A DNA stretch of 63,039 nucleotides, the filler included, from Choristocarpus tenellus KU-1152 (Eukaryota > Protista > Phaeophyceae): NCBI GenBank assembly GCA_964200185.2. It is 14 parts of 14 records of this genome, joined end to end, with 100 filler letters (N's around TTAATTAATTAA, not from the genome) between each part and the next. Parts side by side here need not be neighbours in the genome. Positions count along the whole stretch, not along the records: positions 35,088 to 39,354 come from CAXNAD020015394.1; positions 39,455 to 45,427 come from CAXNAD020009277.1; positions 45,528 to 51,630 come from CAXNAD020008930.1; 11 more parts are not named here. One strand, 5' to 3'. The translations under genes were made by a program, and so were the position numbers. Shown one piece after another: positions 36,868 to 49,254 of this stretch. The stretch's first letter is position 1; each line of letters begins with the position of its first letter. The notes beneath the pieces were generated by a model that saw only the letters and a program-made list of their open reading frames with translations, made no database searches and was not told the DNA's origin.

Positions 36868-39800
36868 CTCTGACATTGAATTTATGTAGAATTCTCCTGA
36901 GTGAGAGCATATAACAAAATGGCAATCGACGATATGATGTGGTTGAGGCAATAATATCAGAAGTTGGAGTTGATGTAAGCAGGAAAAACTAAATGTTGCA
37001 TGGTCACCAAACCATGAGATCTAATTAGACAAAGGACGCGAGTTCCTTTAGATATATTAATATATTGCCTCTTCAGTAGGTGAATGTGTGATCCAGTGAC
37101 TTCATCATCATTAAGGCGAAATTAAGTTAAAATGGCGTTGTTGAAAACTTTTTCCTGGCTATATATATAACAATTGATCATACCTACTCTGAAGGACAGG
37201 TCCTGTTCGAAGCTGATCTCAGTCCAATCCACATCCGCGCGCGCACATAAGTGCATTGCGCGCACATTTCTTTGTCATTAGAAACACTCCCATAAACATC
37301 AAACACAGATAAGTCCTAAGAATTCTCAGATCGCTTGCTGTTGATGGTCACAAGGATGTGACGTCACCCATCTGATCCAAGATTTCATTCAAACTTCTAC
37401 TAAGATTGATGGCAGAGAGAGCATAGGGTTTACTGAAAGCACCCCACCGCGACACAACTGGTAATTCTGAACACCCTCCACGACTGATTGAACCATGCCT
37501 CATCACAATGTATATTCTGATCGAAATATATTTGCCGCCTGCATGTAGTCAGCAAAATTGACTGTGCTTGAGCAGTCGCACAGTCTATTTCCTTCCAGTG
37601 TTGATATGGACCATACAGGCACGCACATTATTGAGGTATGTCAAGAGGGTAATTTGGGGGGCCTGAAGCAATAAACGATGCACTCTGGCTGAGTAGTGGG
37701 TTTGCTTGGATTGCTGATTGGTCTTTTTTGTTTACAAGGAATGACAATTATCAACAAATAATCGATTTGACGGAACTCCTTGGATACTATTGTGGATGAT
37801 CATGTACACGTTGTGACATGCTGCAAGGTGTTGAAATAAAAAAGAACCCTCTCATCTATACCTCGTAGCAACTATTATTGTGCTTGATTGGATTGTTGGA
37901 ACTAGTCATTTGTTGGGGGTCAAGCATGTTCCGTTTTTCTTTGTTGTGTTTACGTTGGATACTTACACAGTACGCATTATGACTCACGACCAGGAGCAAT
38001 CACACAACTAACTGAATAAGCAAAAGACAGGAGCCAGTTTTAATATCATCATATATAAAAAACAAAACATTGATTAAACCCAACACATCACGATATCACC
38101 GTTCAAGGACAACATGAACGATCAGCAGGCAGGCGTGAAGGCGGAGTCAACCACGCACCAAATTCCTTGAAACGTATTGTGCATATGGAAAAGAATGTGA
38201 TTACTTACGACGATTGTATTTTACACAATGCCAAACGTAAGAAGAATTCATATTACAGACTCCTTGCTTGTTGAAGACAAAACAGACTGCCTGAGAAAAA
38301 TCACCCCCAGCTATCCCCCTCCCATAGTTTTTTCTGTTCTTTGTTGCACCATGTGCTGCACCTCCCGAATTTTGCTAAGAAACAAAGAATGCAGATCAAC
38401 TGCTATTATTATCACCATACGGTTAGGCTTGCTCAGGTCTACTCGTCACTATCACCATATACCCACCAACATCAACTTCTCTCCAGCCCATACCATAATA
38501 TTATTTTCTACATGCTGTGTGGTAATGCGACAACTGCTTAGGACAGACAACACAAATCGAAGTTTTAAATGCATGGAGAGTGATCAAGGTGTACCACCAA
38601 TTGTGAGAAAAAAAAATGCATAGACAACGTGAAACACCACATATTTAGATTCTTGGCGTTGAAGGGACTCCCCTGCCCACATTGCCTATCAAACCACTGC
38701 AAATGTATGTACGACTATGGAGCACTACAGGTGGTGACTGTACTGTTATGATCAACCTGATGTTCAGCCTCAAGGAAGGTGAGGTGTAAGGAAAGATTAC
38801 CTCTCTCAACTTCATACCTAGCTAAGCACTGCAACCAATCCTCCAATCCTCTTGGATCTTGAATACCATCAGTACAGTTTGGGCACAATGACATCGTATC
38901 ACATCGCTCACTGCAAATGGATTTATTATCAAGATACTGATCAAACACTCAAGAGTTTTGAAACTGCCAGTGCCCAAATCACTCCACCTAATTCAAAAAA
39001 CAAATACAAAATGGAACTCTTCCACAATACTGATCCACTCCCTTGCACCTGACCTTCATGCCATTTATTGACTCTCTCTTTGCCCTACACACTTTCCTCC
39101 ACTCTCTACCATGCACAAATAGCTTATTCTTCCACCTATGCTACTGCCTCATCCCAGCCCAATCAATCCTTGTCTACATCATCACGTGACATTAATAGAA
39201 CAAGGGTGGAGGGAGAAGGGGAAGGGCAGCAAAAGATAAGACCACATGGACATTGAAAAAGTGCTGGGTTATCGCCCCGTAACCAATCCCCACCCCCACC
39301 CCCCCCCCCACCCCCACCCTCCATAAAAAAAAAAAAAACAAATAAACAAAAAATNNNNNNNNNNNNNNNNNNNNNNNNNNNNNNNNNNNNNNNNNNNNTT
39401 AATTAATTAANNNNNNNNNNNNNNNNNNNNNNNNNNNNNNNNNNNNNNNNNNNNACATGAATAAAACATACCGAAGATGTAACAGTTTAGCACACTGACA
39501 AGCACAGGCACCCTGTGCACAAGGAGGTGAACAACGCCATGGCAAGTCGTGAAAGACCATAGCTCACTCGCCGCCTTAACTTTTTTTTTTTTTTTACTCA
39601 TAACACGCTGCTTAAAACATGCAAGCACAAGGGAGATATAGGGTCAAGACCTAGCCGGATAAATGGATCAACACGGGATTGACCAACAGATACAATATAA
39701 CAACCACCCTCTATGCATGACATCACCATCTACGCTGCAAGAGTCCACGGTAGGTTTCACAATCTCAGTAAACCACAACATGAAGGAAAAAGCAAACAAA

Positions 39801-40391
39801 CGCAGGCATTCTGCTTGGCTCAAATAGACTAATGATCTCCATTAAGTAAACATGCAAGTGATGGAGTCAGCAGTACAGCATCTTCCGTGTGACAAAGTGT
39901 GGAGTACGACTGATACCACAGTTACCACAGTTAGCAGCTCTCACAGACATTGGCAGCATACCCCATAACATAAGATCGTACTGACCCGTTGACCCCTCAA
40001 TGTTTAGTCAGTGGCAATAATCACTTTGTTATCAAAATCATTGACACACTAACAAGATGTCCATCTTCATTTCACTTCACTTCACTCCACTCCACTCCAC
40101 TCCACCTCACTTTATGTTACTTCACTTCACTTCCCTCATCTTGAACTGCAAAACTACAGTAAAAATAGAACAGAAAAATTCAATTCCTGTAAAAAAAAAA
40201 GGTGTATGCTTGCCCTCGATCGATCATGATCATTGCACCACTATCCTCCACCGGGATTTAAGCTGGGGAGTGGGGGGACTTCCTGGATTGCCTTGTTACA
40301 ATGCTGCAGTGTCTGTACATGCAATCAGATAGTTCAATCTACCTCAATTAATCTCCTTGCATCCTAACGCTCTTTTGGATCCCTAACTCAC

Positions 40392-40478
40392 CTCAAAGCT
40401 GGCATTGAAAACACACGCCTCCCATGGACCAGGGTTCTCCGGCTCATTCTGAACAGTCAGTCCCCACAGGTCAATCCC
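40392..40478 (-). CDS. Glucosylceramidase (GH30), exon with acid/base NEP motif
   Basis: cag|GIDLWGLTVQNEPENPGPWEACVFNASFE|gtgag. Confidence 0.92.
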
Positions 40479-41538
40479 CTGAAGGATCAAAGAGGAGGAG
40501 GAAAAGATAGGAAAGGAGTTGGAGAATAGGATGCCTAAGTGATGACCAATACCCACCTTCCACAAAAAAATAACAATCAATATCATTAGGATTAAATAAC
40601 GCAACGAGGTTAGAGGTGACTGAACATTCTTGGGTCACAGTGAACAAAGAGAGAGAGAGAGAGAGTCAAGAGCAACGAGACTACAATCCCCCCTCCCAAA
40701 AGAAGTCCTCTTTGAGTAACAGCTTAGGGCTTAATTTGACACGGATGTATGCACAGCACCTACAGTTTAGAGATACCCTTTACAGTCTGGTTGGATAGAC
40801 AGCCCTATATCAAGATCTGCAGGACACCTGTGAGAAAACTACATGTTGGTGTCACTCTTGAACCAAGGAAATATGCGCCACACGCAGACTCCTACACCAC
40901 TTTACAACAGCAGCATCATCAGTACCACTCTCGCAGATAAATATACTGACAATGTGAGGAGTACACGCTGCATACCTACCTCAAGAGGCTTGGCACAAAG
41001 GTAATACGAACACAAAGAGGGAAGAGAATCTTCTACCAATCACAGGTGCACCAGTATGTATGGGTTACTAGTATAAAGCACTCAAGACACACCCAGAGTG
41101 TGGGGCTACAGACAAAAAGGCAGGGGGTACTAAGCATTCTCATTATGGCATACTACGACCCCTTTGACCTTGATATATATCTTGTTATACTACGACCCCT
41201 TTGACCTTGATCATCTCAAGCATTTACCACTATACTCTCTTGTCCAAAGGACAGCATCGTAAAGGACTTGGCACAACACATACAAAGGGGAGTGAAGGAA
41301 GGTTGGGGAGGGTCCTGCGAGCTTCCAAATGCATTCATGGCATGCTCACACAGTTACATTTCCAGAGGATCCCCCACCCTATCCCCACGAAATCCTACCT
41401 GGTTAATCTGAATAGGAAGGATTCCTCAACCACACTATCCTAGTTCACCCAACCCACTCCCTCATAGCGAATGTACCATACTCATCACACTCAAAATCTC
41501 GAATATCGCCTTCCCACTTCTCCTTCCCCTCCTCATAC

Positions 41539-41664
41539 ATGTTGACTGTAAGCACTGATGAACTTGCTGAAGTACAGTGCCCAGGCCTCCTTCACCCGTG
41601 GGTCATCCAGCAGCCCTTGGGGCCATGCACTCTTGATCATGCTCTGCTCCCCATCCCTTGGCAC
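41539..41664 (-). CDS. Glucosylceramidase (GH30), exon
   Basis: VPRDGEQSM...AWALYFSKFISAYSQH|gtatg. Confidence 0.9.
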
Positions 41665-43397
41665 CTTTCAAAAAGTTTAGAAACCGTTAAGGATGTGTTG
41701 TTTCACAAACCACATCAGAGGAGTCACGGAGGAGAAGGAAGTGGGGGGGCGTGGGCGGGGGTGGAGGGGTAAGCGGGCGAGAAGTTGTACATTACAATAC
41801 CACGAATAACGCTATCATGGGAAACTCTAAACCCCTTTCAACTCAAACGAGAAAATTAAAATTTGCAATGGAGGTGGACAGGAACATATGAAGCACATAG
41901 ATCAACCTTGTCTTAGAAGAGTTTTGAAATGATGCAGGCGTTTGCATCTCCCCTCGTCCTCTCTGAAATGGGTACAATGTGAAGAGCCAAGCTATTGCAC
42001 ACCTGAAAAAATACAACAAGGGACACTTCGTACAACCACCACATCCTTCCCGTTCTTGCCAACAACAATCTGTGGGGAATACAAAGCTGATGACCTGATG
42101 ACCCTAACCCTAAAAAAAACAACAAAAATGCTCCGCCTCCGAATCTTCAACTCCAGCTGTACATAAAAAATAAACAAAGGCAACAACGCCAGGCCACTCA
42201 TTGTCTTAAAGTTGGTGACCGTCCAATCAAAACGGATGAGAGAGTTCTGGTCCTGAACTTTAATTGGCAGAACGAAAGAGCCAGTGCAACCCCGAGAGAA
42301 AAAAAGGAAACATAATATGATGGCACTCACTTGGTTGTACCTACAAGAGATCTACATCAGGGGCCGGGAAGGAATGTGCCGAGGCATCTTCTGTGACAAT
42401 TCTGATTTTTCCAGATGATTGTCACTGTGAATGACAATCCTTTTGCAAATTTTTCATTTGGAAGGCGTGCACTCGCAACCCCCCCCCGAAAAAAGTGTAC
42501 ACGCACAAGGGCGCACGCAATCAAAATACAAAACCCTCATCCCTTAAAAGTGTCCTCCAGACCCCTAGGTGATACAGCAGTCCAAAAAACAAACTGGATT
42601 GCAACAAGAGCTCCGACATGACCCAAATCCAAGACCATCAATGTTCGAAGATTCAAAAACAGGTCTAGACCCCGCACTACCCAAAGAGCATTATCAATAT
42701 GGCTCTCACACACCTATGAAACTAACAGACCGCACTGGTGTGGTACGCACATCGATAAAATGTTCTGATATCAAACGACCTTTTCATTGCGCTAAACGAT
42801 TCTTTCGCACAACACATCTGCATTACAAACACCCCCCCCCCCAAAAAAAAGAAAAGAAAATATGAAGCCACAGCTTCAAATCCCAGGTGGTCTGGCTTCT
42901 TGACTCCCTACATTGGGAGACCCAAAGTAGAAACTCACTGAAGAACCAGGTATTGGACTCTTAAGGGAAACACGGAGATTGAGATGACTGCTCGAGAGAG
43001 CACATGCGACTGGTGGGGTGATGGCTGGTCTCTGGCCTTTTCAAGATATTGAGATACCTCTGTACCACTTACTAGGGGCTGTACTGCTGTGTTGGTATAT
43101 ATAGAGAGGCACCTCATCAATATCTTGACACGCAATTCAGATGAGTTCAAATATTCACACAAGGGTTATCTGTTATTTTGCCTGCCATCAGGACTGAGTG
43201 CTGTCGACCTCAAGTCCTGCACTAACAATAAAACCTCCTCATACCAATACCTGGTAAAAAAATAAAATAAATGGATTGAGACCAAATAAAAAAGATAAAA
43301 TACTAGCCTCTCTACAGAATACGCACTGGAATCACTCCAGCGATTAATGGTCACAACAGGGCATTGATGCATATTGAACACAAGAAATGACACACAC

Positions 43398-43481
43398 CTT
43401 CATCCAAGCTGGTGGGCTCCAGGGCGAGGTGAAGAGGTTGAGATTCTCTTCACGGATGATGGCCTCTTTGATCATTGGTAT
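43398..43481 (-). CDS. Glucosylceramidase (GH30), exon
   Basis: tag|IPMIKEA...LFTSPWSPPAWMK|gtgtg. Confidence 0.92.
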
Positions 43482-44011
43482 CTATTCCAAGAGAGGTGTT
43501 TGTCCCAATAGGTGAGTGAGCAGATGTAATTGAACAAATGAGGGGATGGGAGCTTGGTGAGATGAGAGAGTATCATAGGTGTGAGGGGCAGGCCCCGACA
43601 CAGATCAGGCATAGGTGAGGGCTGTAGTGTGCTAATCATGTAGGGTTTATGTGACTGTTCAAGGGACTTTGGGATAGCATCTCTCTCCTCAGATATTGCC
43701 AGTGTTTCCAACCCTTTCATACGGAATCAGTATCACTGTTCTAAGAGCTCCATAAATGAGAAAAGAAAAATATCAAGGATACAGAAAAAAAAGCTGGGGC
43801 ACAAAAAAAAGCTTTTACTATGATGCAATTCGACACATGCAATACCGACACTAAATGTGTTGTGGTATATATATCAAAGTCAAAGTGCTTCATAAGCACA
43901 AACCTACAGCCCCACCCCCTACACCAGCTGTGCCGACCTTGTTCCCGTTGACAACGCTCAAATTGGCATATTTCCAACAAAACGCCTCTCCGCTACAGGC
44001 ATCTTACTCAC

Positions 44012-44176
44012 CCTTTGGTAGGTTTCCATTGTTATGTTGTTGTCAAACTTCAAGAGGTTGTAGTCCCCTGGATGATCATCAAAGTTGTACTGCTCTACGC
44101 TGAAATCACAGCTGTCCAAAGGGATACGCCCAATTGAGTACTCTATTCCAGTAGGCCCAAAGTAGGCATCCATCAC
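44012..44176 (-). CDS. Glucosylceramidase (GH30), exon
   Basis: VMDAYFGPTGIEYSIGRIPLDSCDFS...TYQR|gtgag. Confidence 0.93.
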
Positions 44177-44920
44177 CTTTAGAGAGGAAACAGGAAAGGT
44201 AAAAGTCAGGCCCTTCGCAGAGTGACCTGCAAAACTACAATCAACATTTCATGTAGCAACTATGCAGGTTAGTTCTTGGTATTGGATGGTCCAGCCTTTG
44301 GAGAGAGCAGAATAGAAGTTGGAAGCATTGATGGGGTTAGTTCTTCTGTGTACTCAACTTTGGATTTCTGCCTATTGTAGTACAGTGGGCTCATCTCTTC
44401 AAGAAATGGGGAGAGGGTTGTCCCTGGCAGTTTCAGGCAGAATCAATCAGCACTTCGCTCAAAGTGCTGCATAAACTTGTGAACTGAGACTCAAACCTTA
44501 GGCTATACCTGCCACTGGCACAGAAACAGATCCGGACAACTCTGTGCTAGCCATTTCTAGACCAGAGTCATGGTTGAACCTGATATACCCACGCAAAGAA
44601 CTCAGACCTGAGCTATTCCTTGACTAGGAGGTTAGGGCAGAAGTCAAGTCCTACACCAAAAATGTGAAGTACAGACCGGATTTCATTTGTATCACTACCT
44701 GACAGTACTTCAGTTACTTTCATGTCCGGCTCAAGCACTATATTTCCCAAGCAGACCGTAATTGAAGGTTGCTTGAAGGTGTGACCAACAGGTTTGGTTT
44801 GTGACCGAACGGCGACTTGAGTCGGGTTCTGATGAGAGACTCAACCACCTGCATAAAACCAATAGCTGAATAAACTTGGAAACTATAGCTCGCGAAAATT
44901 TTAATACCATATTTTCTCAC

Positions 44921-45420
44921 TTTGGTCTGTACACTTGGAGGGAGCTTGTTTAGATTGATTGTGGCAGCATCGGTGAATGCCCCCCCAAAGCCAAGGATCT
45001 CCTGCAGCTTGGTGCTGGTGTCAACTACTACAGTTCCACGACCATCCAGTGGGCAGGAATCCATGTCTTGGGAGTCATCCGAGGATTCATCCGAGGATCC
45101 ATTGGAGGAATCTTCGGAGGATCCATTAGAGGAATCGTCGGAGGATCCATTGGAGGAATCGTCGGAGGACGAATCCGATGATGCATGGGAGGACTTGCGA
45201 CAATCTTTTTTGACTGACGGCACTGATTCTGTCAACAGTGCCCCCCCGTACTTGGAGGTCTCGAATACTGTCACAGAAATTTCGTGATGACTGAATTCTG
45301 TCTGCTGTTGCTGTTGCTGTTGCTTTTGTTGCTGTTTGTGATGAGACGACACAGCAACAGCAACGCCCAGGGCTGCCACTACGGCAATGGTGGTAAGAAA
45401 AATCTTCACAAGAAGGCTGG
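44921..45420 (-). CDS. Glucosylceramidase (GH30), N-terminal exon (start not in contig)
   Basis: Hydrophobic segment, poly-Q, SSxDSSNG repeats, then QEILGFGGAFTDAA; donor gtgag; no ATG before the gap. Confidence 0.88.
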
Positions 45421-45576
45421 GGGGTGGNNNNNNNNNNNNNNNNNNNNNNNNNNNNNNNNNNNNNNNNNNNNTTAATTAATTAANNNNNNNNNNNNNNNNN
45501 NNNNNNNNNNNNNNNNNNNNNNNNNNNAAAACCGCAAAAGGCAACCAAACAACACAAAAAAAGGGAAAATCGAAAA

Positions 45577-45628
45577 AAGGGTCAAAAACGGATGCCGACA
45601 ACCCCCCCCCCCCCAGATACTTTGACCC
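45577..45628 (-). mobile_element. MITE family C, terminal fragment
   Basis: AAGGGTCAAAAACGGATGCCG...CCCCAGATACTTTGACCC. Confidence 0.65.
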
Positions 45629-45941
45629 AGTACATTTTCAACAGAGAATGCTATAGTCAAATCCTCAGCATGTCTTACTTGAAAATGACACTCAGGCAAC
45701 ATATGTATTAACACCGTCAAGGTCAACCTTGTTTCAGATAAAAGAAAACTTGGTTGATAGTCTTAATCCTCTCTAGAAGCTGGGTACTGCATGTGTATAT
45801 CAACTATGGAAGTGCTTATACCCAATGCCCTCTGCCCTAGTGTGGTGATGCCGATGATATCTCAACCGATACAATGATAAAGCCTTGTGTGAATGTTCTC
45901 ATGCCTTATTTTTTTAACTCTTTGCGTTTAATGGAGGAAGG

Positions 45942-46200
45942 GATTGAAAGTATCTTAGAGGGTACGCGTTTTGCCCTGTTTGTCCATTTGGGGCTTGGCT
46001 TCCCTCGGGTTTTTTTATGACATTTTCCTACTCCAAAATAGTTTGGATTAGGTCAAATGCGTACGTTATCAAAAGCTGTGTCTAGAACAAGGGTATTGAC
46101 ACTTCCTGACAAACACGATAAACAAAATTACATCAAAATCGAAACATTGAATTTTGACCCCCAAATGGACGCAACTCTACCCTCTAAGATACTTTGGCTC
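45942..46200 (+). mobile_element. MITE family A, complete
   Basis: Both TIRs present; TSD AAGG. Confidence 0.92.
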
Positions 46201-46713
46201 AAGGGCTAAGGTGTGGCTGTCTGCTGTGGGGTCACAGAGAGCTGGATGTTCAGAATGCAATGTATGCCATTAGTCATGATCTGCCAAGATGTTGATAAGA
46301 TTTCCACCAGCCTGTCAATCGGTATCCTATTGTTGAATACATATCATACCACTTCGTTTCCTTTCAAAGTATCATTGTTAGAAGTTTTGTACCTCCTTTG
46401 TATTTGTTTGCGGGCCGTTGGTCGTTATTCAATATGCTTTGTTCTCATGATAAGTGGAATAGCAATGTTATCTCCACCTAGGGGCTGTGGTGCACAACAT
46501 ATGGAGGAGTACACCAGTTCACTCAGATTTCCTAGATGAGGTTGTTTGCCGAGGAATGGTGCAACAGAATGGTATTAGTGGAGTATGCTTCGAAGCTTGT
46601 ACTAGGTTGTTTGTTGGCATTATTCCTCGTCTCCTCATGCAACTAACTGCCTCCTAATTGAGTGTTGTTCTTACCTTGCCGCCTTGTATGTTTGTACATT
46701 CCAAACCACCTGT

Positions 46714-46972
46714 GAGTCAAAGCATTTAAGAGGGTAGGGCTGTGTGTCCATTCGGGATCACAAATCCAATGCTGCGATTTTGATTATTATTGGCTATTGT
46801 GTTTGTTAGCAAGTGTCAATATCCTTGCTTCTGACACACCTTTCATAGTCATACACATTTTAGGTAACTGTGTTCACACAGAAAACCGAAAAAGGGCAAA
46901 AAAAAACTTGGGAAGCAAAGCCTGGAACCAACAAACAGGGCAAAACTCCTACCCTCTTAAATGCTTTGGGTC
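46714..46972 (-). mobile_element. MITE family A, divergent subfamily, complete
   Basis: TIRs GAGTCAAAGCATTTAAGAGGGTAGG / CCTACCCTCTTAAATGCTTTGGGTC; interior homologous to family A; flanked by TGT/TGT. Confidence 0.85.
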
Positions 46973-47310
46973 TGTGTATCGACCTTTTCTGCGTAGGTAG
47001 TCGAGATTAACTTGAGCACCTACAAACACTAAGTATTTATGAGTGCTTTCATACATCCCTACCAGTAGAAATATCGTTGTCAACTGAATTGTTCATGGAG
47101 TGGGGATTGTCCTGAGACAAGACCACAATCTCACATTTATTCAGATATGACCTTTGCCTTCTGGCACTATTCATTCACCTCATCGTATCAATCAAGCTGG
47201 AGAGCATTGGTGTGACTGCTCTCATCGTTTTTCTTGCAGTGCATTGGTTGTCACAGATTTCAGTTCATAACTTACGACTACCATTTTGATGTTACTATTT
47301 GGAACAAAAG

Positions 47311-47536
47311 GGACCACGGGTGGATTCACACTCTCCTTGAAGAGGCAGAAAATGAGCGGATGCATCTTCTGACCTTCCTCAAGCTTAAGAAGCCTGGGCC
47401 TACCTTCCGAATCATGGTGGTGTTGGCCCAGGGTGTCATGTTCAATATGTTCTTTCTCACCTACCTCATCAGTCCCAAGACCTGCCATCGCTTTGTGGGA
47501 TACATTGAGGAGGAGGCTGTGCACACCTACACCATG
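47311..47536 (+). CDS. AOX: Alternative oxidase, exon
   Basis: [22 protein letters not shown]...[16 protein letters not shown] (di-iron motifs). Confidence 0.96.
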
Positions 47537-47904
47537 GTGAGGCTCCCAGCGCCCGAGCATGTAGAAGGGGTTACTTCAAAGTGCATTTATATTAAATTTA
47601 TTAATGTATATAGTGCAGAGCACATGTTTTGTACTTTAGACAATAACCCTAACCCTAACCCAGTACACTAGACAATATATGTATGCTTCCAATGAACACC
47701 TATTCAACAGGATTGAGATGAACAGAGGTGAAAACGTTCCATGCTGTAATCTTTTCCTACTACTAACCTACTATTGGGTAGTGAATCGGAGTACTTTGGT
47801 CATGTCTTCGTGTTGGCCTTCTTGGTTGTTGCTCGTGTGTTACATCATGTACGTTTTGGAACAAGTCAATAACCGTGCTGCTAATGAAATTTTCTATTGT
47901 GCAG

Positions 47905-48029
47905 CTTCTGGAGGAGATAGACCAGAGAAAGCTGCCGTTATTCTCGAACCTGCCCGCACCAACCATTGCCAAGTCCTACTGGGGTTTGGAAGATGAAGCA
48001 ATGTTTAGAGATGTCATCCTGGCTGTGAG
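47905..48029 (+). CDS. AOX: Alternative oxidase, exon
   Basis: LLEEID...PAPTIAKSYWGL...RDVILAV(R). Confidence 0.94.
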
Positions 48030-48416
48030 GTGAGGATACTGGATTGGGTGTGCAGTACTAGTATTTACACCTGGTTCCTTCATATTGACTTCTCCAGAAG
48101 TTGCCTTGAGCATTCTGTAGTGTAGTGCAGCATACATACTGTTTTTGTGGGCTCGATTAGATAGAGGTGATCAGAGATGTCCACCACTTGAGACGAGATG
48201 TATATGGCACTGTCATGGTTGAATTCAGCATTGGATGTTTTCCGTATCTAGTTAAGCTCTCTGCTTCCCTTGCGGTTATCAGTGTTGTGGTTCAATATAC
48301 AGACTAGTTATTTCCCAGAAGCTACCATACATCCTAACATACCCCCAGGTTTATACCTAAACCCAAATAATGGCAATGACCATGAACCCAAATTTTGACT
48401 GAATTGCAAATTGCAG

Positions 48417-48489
48417 AGCGGACGAGGCTAACCACAGGGTAGTCAACCACACCTTTGCAGACATGCACAAGGATTTCAAGGAGGATGCG
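48417..48489 (+). CDS. AOX: Alternative oxidase, exon
   Basis: (R)ADEANHRVVNHTFAD; phase-2 junction is consistent. Confidence 0.94.
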
Positions 48490-49092
48490 GTGAGTCTCAT
48501 ATGTGTGTGGTATGATGTAGAAGGGCAGAATTTAATGCATACATGCATTCATACATACAGAGACATACAAACACAAACTTTCTTGACTGCAAGCACTCCA
48601 AAATGATATGTTTTCACACATTCCCAATAGTCTTGATATTGTTACTGATTTACTCTCTGTTCTTGAAAGGCACTTGTTGCCACATCAGTTAAATTGAGAT
48701 TGGGATGACTTTCAACATCGTTCTCTCCAGATTTGCACGCAAAAGTGTAGGAGTACCTCCCCCAACGGTACACATTCTTAATTAAAGAAGTGTTGCCTAT
48801 GAAGCAAGAAATAAAGCGCAGAGTAGGGGACAGTTCACGTTTAGGTAAAATAGCAGTGCACCCTTTCACCATCAGTAGAAGGCAAACAATTATTGACCAA
48901 AGAATAGTGCTGTGCCGACCTTCCTGCCAGGAATTCCCACTATATGTTTTTATGCAATGAAGAGATTGCTTCTTATTTTTTGGAACATCATACATAGCGT
49001 TTGTGACATCCATGGCAAGGATATTATATACTAAGAGGCTCAATCATTAACTGTGTTTTGTTAACACCTTGTTCATGCATTCTTTTCGCCAG

Positions 49093-49254
49093 GTAAACCC
49101 GTTCACTATTCACTCCAAGGTGTCTGAATACGCAACCCAGGGGGGGTCACCACCCCCACAGCCGGTCCATGATGAATTCATTCCGTCGTCCACCCCTTCA
49201 CCTGCTGGTGCTGCTCCATCAACTAGAGATGAGGGGGCACCGAAATCGGCCTAG
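49093..49254 (+). CDS. AOX: Alternative oxidase, terminal exon
   Basis: cag|VNPF...PKSA-TAG; NPF commonly ends the AOX domain. Confidence 0.75.
   Translation, partial: VNPFTIHSKVSEYATQGGSPPPQPVHDEFIPSSTPSPAGAAPSTRDEGAPKSA

Noticed and set aside
36900-37700. Possible hAT transposase relic (LPVVSRWGA on the minus strand)
   Set aside because: Single weak motif amid many stops; cannot be supported without a search
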